Below are positions 49,813-64,000 of a stretch of 64,000 bases of DNA, in pieces. Origin of the DNA: Octopus sinensis. Taxonomy: Eukaryota. The stretch is taken from the NCBI RefSeq assembly GCF_006345805.1, contig NW_021832832.1:35819-99818 (forward strand), in the 5' to 3' direction. The notes below the pieces were generated by a model. The model made no database searches, was not told the DNA's origin, and worked only from the letters and a program-made list of their open reading frames with translations. Each line of letters begins with the position of its first letter. The first letter of the stretch is position 1. A program made the position numbers and the translations under genes.

Positions 49813-50063
49813 CAGTGGTCTTCAACAATTGTTTAATCTATAAACCCATTTCCTTGTGTACTCGGAGGGGACACTTATAGCCACTGCATGCTCAAATAAT
49901 TACTATTATATTTTAATAATTAAGTATTATAAAGAATTGCAAAAAAAATTGTTAAAATATTTCGAGTATTGTAAAAGCATAACTAATTTATTCTAACAAA
50001 TTTTCACTACAAAAGCTTACATGGAGTTCCAAAGATCATATGCACCCCGGTTGAGAACGACTG
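49813..50063. mobile_element. 251-bp hAT-Charlie-type MITE
   Basis: TIRs cagtggtcttcaac / gttgagaacgactg; 8-bp TSD gtctagag (49805-12) / gtctagat (50064-71), fitting the NTCTAGAN target preference of Charlie elements. Confidence 0.85.
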
Positions 50064-50468
50064 GTCTAGATGTTAGTAAAACCATTCGTATGTTTGGGCG
50101 TAGGTCATCAACAGAGTGAAAGATTGGTTATATTCCATCCTCTAATATATTCAATAAAGTGAATACATAATGTACTAACATCTTAGAATTTGGAAACCTC
50201 CCCACCGGATGGAATGTCATTATATAATGAAACAGGTCAAGCTGTCGAACTCTTATCTGGCGATTGTGTCCTCTAATAAAACCAAGTGGTCAACGATTTC
50301 AACGTTATTACTTTTAACTGAATAATATATGCACTATGCAAGATATAGCTGTTATTTACAAGTTTCCATTAGATAAATAATATACTGTGAAATAGCTCAT
50401 TGAAACCAGTACAACATGACGGTGGGATGGAGATATGAACTGAAGTGTCTCAGTTCCACATCTGTGAG

Positions 50469-50527
<59 letters not shown>

Positions 50528-50559
50528 GGCCGCTCTCAAAAATTAAGTAAAAAAAAAAA

Positions 50560-50757
50560 CAGGAAAAATAATCCAGAATCCTTGTCTGGTACCAGATCAA
50601 TCCCAGAATCTAATCAGTTTGTGTCAGTGACCTGGCTAAACATTCCTGAAAGTTTCATCTGAATCCATCCAGCGGTTCTTGAGATATCTTGTCCACTGAC
50701 AAACAAACAAGCTCGACTGAAAACAATACCTCCGCCTTAGCGAAGGTGGAAGTAATA
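50560..50757 (+). mobile_element. Possible Helentron/HINE-type 3' end
   Basis: aaagtttcatctgaatcc..cggttcttgagat..(acaa)n, then a 12-bp-stem hairpin tacctccgcctt-agcg-aaggtggaagta (50727-54). Confidence 0.4.
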
Positions 50758-50799
50758 ATAATATAAACTATGAGCGTGAGCGTGCATCCAGTTTTACAA

Positions 50800-51182
50800 A
50801 AGGAAGCACTCCGTCGGTTACGACGACGAGGGTACCGGTTGATCCGATCAACGGAACAGCCTGCTCGTGAAATTAACGTGTAAGTGGCTGAGCACTCCAC
50901 AGACACGTGTACCCTTAACGTAGTTCTCGGGGATATTCAGCGTGACACAGAGAGTGACAAGGCCGGCCCTTTGAAATACAGGTACAACAGAAACAGGAAG
51001 AAAGAGTGAGAGAAAGTTGTGGTGAAAGAGTACAGCAAGGATCACCACCATCCCCTGCCGGAGCCTCGTGGAGCATTAGGTGTTTTCGCTCAATAAACAC
51101 TCACAACGCCCGGTCTGGGAATCGAAACCGCGATCCTACGACCGCGAGTTCACTGCCCTAACCACTGGGCCATTGCGCCTCC
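50800..51182 (-). mobile_element. Full-length SINE, family C, with 10-12 bp TSD
   Basis: Same structure as 1455-1840; (cc)agttttacaa at 50788-99 and 51181-92. Confidence 0.92.
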
Positions 51183-51242
51183 AGTTTTACAATAAGGTCA
51201 CATGCGTCACCCTTAAAGTAAGTGAAAGAATAGTAAAAGAAA

Positions 51243-51540
51243 GTTGTTGTTTTTTGTTCCTTCTCGAGCTACGCCTGACTTATAGGGCCGTTTTCCTGGT
51301 TTCCTTGGCGTATAGGTTCCCCACCTGGACGGGACGCAGGTGAGCTGCGAAGATGCAGAAGGAAAGAGTGAGAGAAAGTTGTGGCGAAAGAGTCAGCAGA
51401 AGTTCGACATTACCTTCTGCCGGAGCCGCGTGGAGCTTAGGTGTTTTTCTCTCATAAACACATCTCCCGGTCTAAAATTCGAACCCACGATCCCTCGATC
51501 GCGACTCCGCTGCTCTAACCACTAGGCCATGTGCCTCCAC
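51243..51540 (-). mobile_element. SINE family D (family C head, different 3' half), copy 1
   Basis: Shares the head to gagaaagttgtggcgaa with family C, then gcagctcacctgcg..ggaaacc..ctcgagaaggaacaa..(caa)n. Confidence 0.8.
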
Positions 51541-52570
51541 AAAAGAAAGTTCACCAACTGAAATGTAAGATAGGAAACTGATTGTACATTGTATAATAGT
51601 AACCTACTTGTAGGTTTCTTAACTTCTGTTATGGCATTTAACAGGGTGTTTGCGACTTATATTCATTTGCAAAAAGGTTCTAAATATCAGAAAGAAACTA
51701 GTGATTAGATTTTCTACCCATTCACAGTAACAATTAACCCTCGGTAAATTGATGTAATCAAGAAGGGCTCACGAAAATTACGTTAATTTTGAAGAATTAT
51801 GCAAAGAGAAAAACCTGAAGAATGTTTTAATGAAGAAAATTAGCGATAAATTTTCAATTGCTAAAAGAAACACTTACATAAATAAAAAAAAAGTTAGAAC
51901 TCAGATAATCTAATGACACTTTCGCTGTTGAGTAAACAACATGCACAAAAAAAATCTCTGAAATATCTAAAATCTGTAAGATTGCCTATTTACCGGGATA
52001 CAGTTGTATTTAGTTATGCTCTCTGTTGACTAATTCTACAAACAGAATGAAATATTAATTAATAAGTTAGTATTGTAAATTGTATTAGCACAGAAGCGAA
52101 TCGCAGAAATGTTAGAGAAAATAATTTGCTCGTCATAATTGAAATTTTCCTTCAGTTTTCCTAATGAATTTAGTTGGGAATATTTATTCAGCGCAGTTCA
52201 TAGTATACGCATAGTAAATTGAATATGTTTGGCATAATTACGAGAAATGACAAAGAAACATCTTAGATTGTAGTATTAAATTCGGTTAATTGTTTGTCTT
52301 ATTAATTTAGGTGATAGAGTGAATTAACAAAGAAAACATGTTGAAATTAATGTACAGACTTTAATCTTGTTGCCACCATATTGAGATTAATTTGAATAAT
52401 TTTCTATTACAATAATTATAGTCAGTAAGTCATCGTCTGAAAATACAATCTGGAAAGTGAAAGGGTTTTGATTGAAGTCATATTTTGTGATGTCATAATA
52501 ACATACACCAGGATTTATGACATTGCCAAATCCAACGTTTTTTGAAATCACTATAAATATTACTTATAGT

Positions 52571-52890
52571 AGTTGTTGTTTGTTCCTTCTCGAGCCATGC
52601 CTGGCGAATAAGGGCTCATAAGCGCCGGTTTCGCGGTTTCCTTGACGTATAGGTTCCCCACTTGGATGGGACGCCGGTCCGTCGCAGGTGAGCTGCGAAG
52701 ATGCAGGAGGAAAGAGCGAGAGAAAGTTGTGGCGAAGAGTCAGCAGATGTTCGCCGTTACCTTCTGCTGGAGCCGTGTGGAGCTTAGGTGTTTCGCTCAT
52801 AAACACACACATCACCCGGTCTGAGATTCGAGTACGCGACCCCTCGACCGTGAGTCCACTGCTCTAACCACTTGGCCACGTGCCTCCACA
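52571..52890 (-). mobile_element. SINE family D, copy 2
   Basis: Alignable along its length to 51243-51540. Confidence 0.8.
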
Positions 52891-54169
52891 CCGATAGTTA
52901 GGACATTATACTATTTTCGATTTACCAAGGAAATAGAAGGTCTATCGATATATAAACACAAGCTAGGATAAAATAGCTCTTAATAGCCATTTGACAACTG
53001 TACGTAAGCAGAAAATTTCAAGTTAAGATGTTAATAATATGGTGTTAGTAGTAAGGCTCTGTGTGTATGTGTGTATATGCGATAGTGTTAACACGCGTAG
53101 ATAATTTGAAAATATGTCTACAAAAGTGGTATGGTTTTCGTCCATGCGTGTGTTTCTGAGGCATGTTCGTATATATATATATATATATATTAATGTATTC
53201 GGAATTGAAACAACAATCAGCTTGACAATACTCATAGCTTGATATCTCCATTTTTCACACAGTTTATCCTGAGGGGTCTATGTGAATAAGTGTGAAACCC
53301 AGCATATAATCAGTTGATGAATATGCATTGAGTAATAATTTATCGTTCTTAAAATTCGAACTTATGAACACACAGATATTCGAATATATGTGTATGTGTG
53401 CGCTTTTATTCATGGATGCATATTATATTTACTGACTAAGGAATATATACGTCTATTACTGTCATGAGATCTTTGTGCGAAAACAAATAACACAAAAATA
53501 TAATGAAACAAAAGCTGGCAAAGAAAATATTGTAATGCATCAATTTTCTTTTCCATTTTTTTTCTGGCCGCGTGAAACTCGGTTGTCACGCTATGAATAC
53601 AGCAAAAAAAAAATCCAGAGAAAGAAAGGAACACATCGGATACCTTAATTAAATTTACTGCTTTCATAAGAGCGAGAAAAACAATAAAGTTGTTGATCAA
53701 TATCTCCTGGAATCATATCATGAGAGTGTCTAGAAAGAAAAGAAATGATTACAAATATTGTTTGCCTTCCTCTGTTCAACTTGATTAAATATAAATAAAT
53801 ACAAAAATAATTCTCATTATATATTAGCTCTGACAGTTCGGTAATACATATTTCCGATATTTTGCGAAGCATTCTGATCTCTCATTACTGGAACATATGT
53901 CTATATTTTACAATATTTTCTTGTAAATAGCAAGGCGGGCGCTGAGCTGTATGAGTTGGTTGATCGGTATGCAAGAAACAACAGCCAAATCTCCCTCAAA
54001 TGTTATTTAAAAGGAAGAGGGAAATGGCACATTAGACGCTCCTTCTAAAAAGACCCGATAGTTATTGCTACGCTGTTATTTATGTCATAGAGAGATAGTG
54101 ACTTCGATTCCGTCCATATTGAAGAAGAGCGTTCAAAGCGCTTCCAATAATCAGTATTCTTTAAATTCG

Positions 54170-54862
54170 ATTAGATCGACCCCAGTACGCATCTGGTACT
54201 TAGTTTTTCGACATCGAAGGATGAAAGGCAAAGTCGACCTCGGCGGAACTTGAACTCAGAATGTAAAGACAGACGACATACTGCTAAGCATTTCACCCTG
54301 TGTGCCAATGTTTCTATTTCTTTATTGCCCAGAAGGGGCTAAACATAAAGGGGACAAACAGGGACAGACAAACGGATTAAGTCGATTATATCGACCCCAG
54401 TGCGTAACTTGTACTTAATTTATCGACCCCGAAAGGATGAAAGGCAAAGTGAACCTCGGCGGAATTTGAACTCAGAATGTAGCCGCAGACGAAATACTTC
54501 TAAGCATTTTGCCCGGCGTGCTAACGTTTCTGCCAGCTCGCCGCCGAAAAAGTATTCGTTTCTAATCTAGACACAAAGCCCGAAATTTTGGGGGAGGGGA
54601 CCAGTGATTAGATCAACCTCAGTACAAAGCTGGTACTACGTTAATCGACCCCGTAGAATGATGCAGAATGACGCCGAACGAGGTGCATAATAATAATGTG
54701 CACGTCGGGTAAAATGCTTAGCGGCATTTCGTTCGTCTTAACGTTCTGAGTTCAAATTCGGCCGGGGTCGTTGAAATAAGTACCAGTTACGTACTGGATT
54801 GGATGTAGTCGACTATCCCCCTCCCTTAAAGTTTCAAGCCTTCTGCCTATAGTAGAAAGGGC

Positions 54863-54865
<3 letters not shown>
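54170..54865. mobile_element. Family B SINE cluster: dimer 54170-54545(-), 54565-54655(-), 54698-54865(+) followed by (TTA)n
   Basis: Core matches. Confidence 0.85.
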
Positions 54866-54903
<38 letters not shown>

Positions 54904-56559
54904 TATTATTATTATCTGCGAGGTTGCACTAACAAAGACCGTGTGTTTTTTCATTTGTTTGTGCTACCTTGACAATTACTGGGTTTTTTTTCAAAGGATA
55001 TGTGTGTTCAGTTTGCATTGATATAAGGCTAAACAATAACAAATGCCGTTAGGGTTTTGTCTTTTTTTTTTATTTGCAATTGGCCTCCATAATTTTATTT
55101 CGTACTAGGATGTAAACAAGACACTGCGAGTGAGAATTAACAATCACTTCAGCGTACCAAACATTTTGTAAGTAAATCAATTCGTTGAAGAATGCAGGAG
55201 AATTAAAAGAATCACTCAAAATATATAATTATGTACTCAGTCACATTAGACTGTTTTTTTATTGAACCGTATTTACTACACCGTTCGTTCATTCATTTAT
55301 TTTTTTTATGACGATATTTCCTCGAAGACAGCTAAGTCTTAAAACACTAATTTTGTTTTTTATTATCGTCTGAATTTCTGTTTCAATATCTGTGTACAGT
55401 TGTTAATTGTTATCTTTATGATTTGTTTGTGTATTTGTTTTAAAACATTAATAAAGAAACAAAAACAAACAATCTTCAAAAAGTAAAAAAAATAAATACA
55501 TAAATCTAGTTTAAAATCTGTCAAAGTAATATATCTTTGACAACACGGAAAATATCTGTCTAATGTACCTATTTTCGTACCTACCTACCTGCAAACCCAT
55601 CTACTAATCATTGGGATGTATGCACGTATGTATGTGTCTGTACTTGTGTGCATGTATGAAAGTAGTATGTATGTATGTATGTATGTATGTATGTATCGAT
55701 CTTTCGCTCGCTCCTCCTACATATCTATCCATATACCTATCTAATTAGATTTTTTATATTACTCGGTCGGGACAAGCTGTGCTTAGCAAGTAACACATTT
55801 ATCTGTGTTACTTATGTTGAGTGGTGATTAAATTTAAAATTGCTTTATCTCTTCCTCTAATAGACGAGACTACAAATCTCTTGAGAGATAAAAAAAAGAA
55901 GAGAAGAACAGATGATGGCATTCTTTTCAATGAAAGTCTGATGCTAATTTGTAGATTTAATCTATAGATTCTAATTTCAGTTTTGATTCGTTGCCAACAT
56001 AAAGACCACATTTCTCTATGTATTAAGATACAACAATTTAGAGGTGTGTTTATTCGGATATTTTTCCATTTTCGAAATGGACAGATGATATGTATTCATT
56101 TGGCTATCTTCCGTTGTTTACCAACCAGAAAAGGACGAATGTTTCAAAAATATATTCATTAAACATTAATTTCAATGCAGCCGACCATGAAACATCGATT
56201 GGGTTGGTAATTTTCATGTTCTGTCACACAGTTGGTACTTTCGACAAGTGAGTTAAATTTAATGTTTCAGTCAGTAACTAAGAACCTTTATTGACGACCT
56301 TTCTATGTTGGGCATATTTTGAAACAAGATATTTTGTATGTCTCCGGGGAAATATACTTCGAACATGTCAAAAAAATCATTAACCAACCAAGAATGATTT
56401 CACTAACTTTAAGATTTAATTTACTTCTCCACCTCTCACTAAACACCCTTGTTAATGTTAGAGAAATAAAGGCATTGCAGATTTTAGTTTCTCCCTTTTC
56501 ATTGTGTGTTCAAATCCTATAAAAGTCAACATTTGTTTCCATTCCTTCTATAACATTTT

Positions 56560-56946
56560 CTACTCTAGGCACAAGGTCCGAAATTTTAGGGTAGGGGCCA
56601 GTCGATTAGATCGACCTCATTACGCAACTAGTAATTAATTTACCGACCCCGAAAGGATGAAAGGTAAAGTCAACCTCGGCGGAATTTGAACTCAGAACGT
56701 AAAGACGGACGAAATACCTATTTCTTTACTGGCCACAAGGGCTACACACAGAGGAGACAAACAAGGACAGACAAACGGATTAAGCCGATTATATCGACCC
56801 CAGTGCGTAACTGGTACTTATTTAATCGACCCCGAAAGGATGAAAGGCACAGTTGACCTCGGCGGAATTTGAACTCACAACGTAACGGCAGACGAAATAC
56901 CGCTAACCATTTCGCCCGGCGTGCAAACGCTTCTGCCAGCTCGCCG
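56560..56946 (-). mobile_element. Family B SINE dimer
   Basis: Junction gaaatacctatttcttta at 56711-28, identical to the junctions at 2728 and 2894. Confidence 0.85.
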
Positions 56947-58761
56947 GCTTCCCATTACTCCTACAACGATACAAAATGGGTTGTTTTCTTTGTCTATCGA
57001 ATAAATTCAATTCAATCGTCAAGGTCCCGCTGCCATTCTATCTTATAATGTGAGAATTCTAAAAAATTTCAAATCGATTAGAAATAATAAATGCCCCTTA
57101 ACGTATAACTTCGTAGATATATTTTACACTATTTCACGTCTTCATATAATGTTTTGCTATATGTTTTTATTGATACCAACTTTGATATCCGGCTTTTCTT
57201 CACTGTCATTCGTACTTTAATACTCTGGTATTAAGTACGCATTACAGGAGTTTACAAGAAGATAAGATTTCCGATGGATAAGTTTTCTGATCAGTTGTTC
57301 ATTGAAATTATTATTCAGCAATTGTATTTTATTTTATTTGTTCATTTAGTTATTGCTTACTCAGGACAGCAGAATTTAGATTGCATATCAGTATATTTCA
57401 GTTTAAGGCGGCGAGCTTACATAATCTTTAGCACACCAAGCAAAATGCTTAGCGGAATTTCTTCTGTATTTACGTTCAAATGTCGTTGATGACGACTTTG
57501 CCACGTGTTTCCGCCATTGGACTGATCCCGTGCTGTATCATCACCTGAGCAGATTGCGGCGCGCTAGAATTTCTGAATAGCACCCTAATAGGTTACCCCA
57601 AATTTAGTTTCCTTGATATATATTTTGTATATTTCGCGGTGCGGTCCGCCTGATGATGCGCCATGTCTCATTCAACTCACCTGACGCAAAGTTTGTCCAT
57701 GCCTGGTTTAGAATCGAAAACATTAACCCCAATACTTATTTTTTAAATCTGGTGCTCCTGTCGATTTCTTTTGCCGAACGCTGCAGAGTTAGGGGACGTA
57801 AACAGACCAACACCAGTTGTCATGTGGTGGAGGGGACAGACAGACATGCATACACACACACACACACACTCACTCACCTGCAAGCGAAGTAGAAGACATT
57901 TTCCCAAGGTGCCGTAGTGTAGGACAGCATATGAAACCACATGGTTACAAATTGCGTACCTTGCCCACACAACCACGCCCGCGTCTGCATACTTACTATA
58001 TTTATGTTCATACATTTCTTGTGCCTCAACTTTGCAAACGGTATTAAGGTTCCATGCAAACGGTATTAAGGATTCTTGAGATAAGGGAATTGGTTTTTAA
58101 AGTGAAAGCTATTTACATCTTACTTTTCAAATAGGCTTTGGCGTTTTTCAGAAATAATACGTAGATTGTAAATTTTTATCACCAGTAGATTTTAATTGCA
58201 GAATCTAAATACATCGGTTGGACGTCGTGACTTCGACACTGAAATTAACTAATTGCCTGTAGGTCTCATTGATTATTAAGTAAATTGATAAAATCGAATC
58301 CACAACCAGCGTTGATTTGGCTTTAATAATTACGTCTAGCACCGTATTGTACTTTGAGAATATATATATATATATCAGAAGTAAAAAATAAAGGATTGAT
58401 CCAGGCAGATACCTATGAAACACTTAGTGATAAATGAATTTGGCAAACTATATCAAGCGAAGAGATACTAATAAATGTGTGTAAGATTAACACCCAAGGT
58501 TATTCTTCATGTATGAGAAGAAAATCTAAATATCGCTTAGACGAATTTCAAGAAATTCGGATTATAAGAGAATAAGAAGGAAAATGAAGAAATCACGTTT
58601 CATTGGTGGGTTACTCCACGCACACTCACATACATACGTACATAGATATATACATACATACATACATACATACATACATACATACATACATACATACGTA
58701 CATACATACAAATATACATACAAACGTACGTACATACATATATGTATGTATGATATATATA

Positions 58762-58808
<47 letters not shown>

Positions 58809-58850
58809 TATATATATATATGTGGTGTGTGTGTGTGTCTGTGTGTGTGT

Positions 58851-59040
58851 CACCATAATAGATCAGTAGCCACTACACACATTTTTTCTCTCCTTGTTTT
58901 TGTTCTGTGTTCTTTTCTGTAGAAGCGCGTAGGCTCGAATCGTAAAAGACTTTTTCTATTCCTGAGCGTTATACTAATACATCTGTTTTTTTATATACAC
59001 CACCTGTCTTCGTCTTTTGTTTTTTCCTGAACTCTCCCTA
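58851..59040 (+). mobile_element. Repeat family H1, copy 4 (hammerhead fold at 58913-58948)
   Basis: tttt-CTGTAGA-A-GCGC-gtag-GCTC-GAA-TCGT-A-aaag; flanked by microsatellites. Confidence 0.7.
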
Positions 59041-59078
<38 letters not shown>

Positions 59079-59859
59079 CCATTCATATGTGTGGTGTGTG
59101 TGTGTGTATGGAAAAATATACATATGTGTGCGTAGGCAGATGCACGTTATACCGAACGTATTACGCATATACTCTCTACAGAAGCTATTACTAGCTGCTT
59201 TAAGGTAGCGATAAGTTTGAAAAGAGATACGTGATACTTTTTTTAATAAATGATTTACATGGCAGCCATTATTAGTTGATGCCAGCTGTTGTAGACTTTA
59301 AAAGAACAAATTGACTGACAATATGATTTACTGTTATAAAAATGTACGATTTCTTAGACAATATTATTGGAGATGCATAATTTTCAAGACAGTATAATTT
59401 GAAGCGGAATTAGTCGAGCAAACAAATTAAGACATAAACGTCTGAGTACATTTTTTAATCTTCATTATGGCTATTTTTGAAGAAGAAAACTAACTATTCG
59501 TTGCTGAGCAAAAAAATATTTTAACGCTGATTGCATATCTGAAAAACAATGTTGAATATTATATGTATGTTGTCTTCCGATTACTAACTAGAAAGAAAAG
59601 ATATCTGCGCCATTGAAACTCAAACTATAACGTCTCCGAGCCATGGTGGTTTTCTTAATGTTTTTTTAACGTTTTGTAGTATTTCATTATCTTTTTTTTT
59701 TATCGCAGAAATCAATATTTGAAAAATATATGAATTTTACGGTTCCCTTCCCCCCTCGCTCTCTCTCTCTCTCACTCACACACACACAAACACCCACCCA
59801 CACACACAGACACATCATACGCATAGTGATACGGTGTACACAAAACCACACATACATGC

Positions 59860-60453
59860 CTATATATATAATATATATATATACTATACACATATATATA
59901 CATATATATATATATATATTACATTATATACATATTATATATATACTATATATACATATTTATACATATATATAATATATATAATATATATACATATATA
60001 TAATATACACATATATATATATATATTATATATAATATATATATATATATATACATATATATAATATATAACATATATATATATATATATATAGATATAT
60101 ATATATATACATGTATATATAATATAATATATAAAGTATATATTAATATATATATTATACATATATATATATATACTAATATATATATACAATAATATAT
60201 ATATATATATATATATTATATATAATTATATATATATATAATATAATATAATATATAACATATATATACAATTATATATATATGTAATATATATATACAT
60301 ATATAATATATATATATATATATACATTATATATATATACATATATATCATATATATATATATACATATAATATAACATATATATATATATATAGATATA
60401 TATATATATATAGAGATATATTATATATAATTATAGATATATATAATATTATG

Positions 60454-60487
<34 letters not shown>

Positions 60488-60603
60488 TATATATATATAT
60501 ATATATAGATATATATATATATATATATTTAGATATTATATATATAATATATAGATTATATATATATATAGATATATATATATATATATGATATATAATA
60601 TAT

Positions 60604-60646
<43 letters not shown>

Positions 60647-61005
60647 TATATATATATATATAATATATATATATATCTATAACTATATATATATAGATAT
60701 ATATATAATATATAGTGATATATATATTATATATATATATATTATATATATATATAATATATATATAATATATATATATATCTATATATAATATATATTA
60801 TATATATATAATATATAGATATATATATATATATATATATATAGATATATATATATATAGATATATATATATATATATATACTATTATATATATATAGTA
60901 GATATATATATATATAGTATATATATATATAGATATAGTATATATATATATTATATATGGATATATATATATATATATATAATAATAGATATAATATATA
61001 TATAT

Positions 61006-61043
<38 letters not shown>

Positions 61044-61445
61044 TATATATATATATATATATATAGATATATATATATATATTATATATATATATTAGGT
61101 ACTATAGATATATATATATATTATATAATATATATAATCTATATATATATATATATATATTATTTATATTATATATATATGTATATTATATATACTATAG
61201 ATATATATCAATATAGTATATATAGATATAGATATATAATAATATATATATATATATAGATATATATATATATAGATATATATATATATATATATGATAT
61301 ATATATATATATATATAGATATATATATAATATATATAGATATATATATATATATGATATATATATATATATATAAAAAAAATGTAAAATATATAAATAA
61401 ATATAATAAATAAAATATAATATAATATATATATAATAATAAATA

Positions 61446-61478
<33 letters not shown>

Positions 61479-61510
61479 ATATATATATGTATATATATAA
61501 TATAGATATA

Positions 61511-61562
<52 letters not shown>

Positions 61563-61610
61563 TATATTATATATATATATATGTATTATATATATATATA
61601 TTAGTATACA
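59860..61610. repeat. ~1.75-kb degenerate (TA)n tract
   Basis: Direct reading; interrupted by ga/ta/aa variants. Confidence 0.95.
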
Positions 61611-63762
61611 TACTGAAGTTATTATTGTGGCTAGTATATTGACTAAAGCCTTGATGCTTCTTCTGTATTATGGTCGCAACGCTGAAGGCAGTGTATTTCT
61701 GTTATATGCATATCATACATACATATATGTATGTGCGTGTGTGCATGTATATATATATGTGTGTGTGTGTATGTTTATATGTATATGGTGAATGTATATA
61801 TGAGTATACTACAGTGTAATGAAAATATATGTTGTCTCGTCTGCCTATTACAGCTTCGCTATTTATACTTTGAATTTCAAAAGATATTTTTAACATTGAT
61901 TTTATTATATCACGGAGAATTGATATTTTCTCATCGAGTTAAGCTCAACTATAAAAGTAGTCTATTTTACCTGCGCCTCTTCAGCTGATATGAAAATAGC
62001 AGCCAATTCAAAACGCACCATCCTTTTTTATTCTATATTCTACATAATTTGGTCTGATTACAAACCTCTTAAATGATTTGTGCTAGGATCTTGCACGCGT
62101 AATGTAACGTGTAGAACAAATTCAGACAACAGACATTACCCAAGTAATTGGCAGGCAAAGACTCCTTTTAGATGTTTGAGACAAATGATTTGATCGACAT
62201 TTGGGGGATACCAATGTCGGCAGGAACACCCCGAGTCAGAAATGAATTCTATTTCGACGTTCTGAAGAATATTGACTGGGCGAAGAGAGTTATCCGAGAT
62301 CTGGCAAGTAAGACAGAGCGAGGGTGAGTGAGAGGATTAGCGTGGAACGATTTTTTTTATTATTATTCGATAACCGTTTGCAAGAAAATTATAAAAATTT
62401 CAAGAGACCAAAAGCCATTATAGGTATGAGCGCATAACGGCTGAACGAGGAAGAATTTCGCTTCGTGAACACGAATTCTTAGGTTCAGAAAATATCTTTT
62501 TTAGAAGACTTGGGTGTGTTCATACCTTGTGAGTTAAATCGGGTAAACAATTAAGTAACCCGTCGGGAAAAACTTATCTGTAATTCAGAAGATACAATCT
62601 TGTCATTCACTACATCATACTGATATGATAAATGCGCGTCTCTAAAGAATACCCAGACATTTACACGCTAATCGATAAACAAATTTTTATGGTTGATTGA
62701 ACAACTGAATCCTTGTTGTAGAGCGATGGGGATCTATCATTACTGGTGCTACCTCTGCTGTCCCACCCCCCACCAACACCACTGCAATCACCGCCACTAC
62801 CTCCACCATTATTGCCATCACAATCTCCATTAGTATCACCACTAAAGCCACTAACACAAACATCACCATAAACAGCATCATCACCAGCACAACACAACCA
62901 CAAACACCACAAACACCACCACAATGGTAATAACTATAAAAAGAAAAGGCGGAATGAAAAATCGAAATGACAGCGTGCTCAACAGTTGTTCCTAACAACA
63001 ATACTACCAAATATATTTATATACTATATATATTTATGTCTTTTACGAGACACAATTTGTATATATAGTAACAACATTGTCGTCGATGTTATTGTCAGAT
63101 GATATCACTTTGAAAAATAATAAGAAAAAAAAGATTAATAAAAGAAACTTACGCAGAATCATTCATGAAGATACGAAAGATTTCTTGTTTTGATCTGAGA
63201 AGTAGGCGGATAATTCTAAATGTTCCGTCCTGCGTGTTTCAAAGCCTGTTAATAGTTAAAGCATGAAGATAGTTTCTCTAGCATAAACAACACAATGCAA
63301 ATATTTCACTATACTTCCACGAACACACTGATACAGAAAAACATATAAACATACACATATATACCTCCCAAACACCCAAACGCTATACACACTATTATAT
63401 GCACGAACATTAACACATACAAAAATATGTATCTATATACGTACGCATATTATATTTCTTGTGTGTTCATTTTCTGGTACAGAACAAAACAAGTAGTTAT
63501 CAATACATTCTTCTTAGATACAGACACATAAATCAGATAAACGTGATATCTGATCCTGTTCATCTTACATATGACAAACATAACCCTCCATTGATATATA
63601 TATATATATATATATATATATCAAATCGGAGGTGCAATCTATGTGTGTGTCTTTTCAGAACGTTGTCTGGTTTAAAAAAACTACATCAGATGGCATGATC
63701 GTGCTAAAGTGTAGGTACAGGAGGCAGTCAAACCCTGCATAAGGTTGTAGACAATCACCCTA

Positions 63763-63804
<42 letters not shown>

Positions 63805-64000
63805 CATGTGTGTATGTGTGCGCGTGTGTGTGTGTATGTATATATGTGTATATGCATATGTATATATATACATAGAAATATTTTTAAGTAAATGTCATTT
63901 CAAAATGTAAGTCTTTTGTACAAGAAGGATTTATATTTTAAGCTTTCTCTAAACAGACAATATTTCAATTATTTTAATTATTTTCAATTGAATACTATTA

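Overview
AT-rich, repeat-dense eukaryotic DNA. The tRNA-derived SINE families and the very high microsatellite load suggest a coleoid cephalopod, probably Octopus (inference, not verified). Only one host exon is well supported: a 144-nt, phase1/phase1 calmodulin-like EF-hand exon on the + strand (28656-28799). A candidate upstream exon lies at 24969-25079, and I could not find the next coding exon in the remaining ~35 kb. The rest is mostly mobile DNA: four SINE families (several copies with 10-17 bp target-site duplications, TSDs), a 5'-truncated RTE LINE with two lesions, two further LINE relics, two Helitrons, hAT and mariner miniature elements (MITEs), and short Penelope-like elements. Most ORFs in the supplied track are microsatellite or repeat artefacts. 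The most interesting signals are: (i) minimal type-I hammerhead-ribozyme folds in three unrelated short elements, including a four-copy ~190-bp family that always has a non-canonical CUGU(A/G)GA core; (ii) a LINE 3' end that shares its tail with a SINE family, with compensatory changes in the tail hairpin; (iii) several near-perfect foldbacks (16-46 bp arms, plus one ~180-bp pair).
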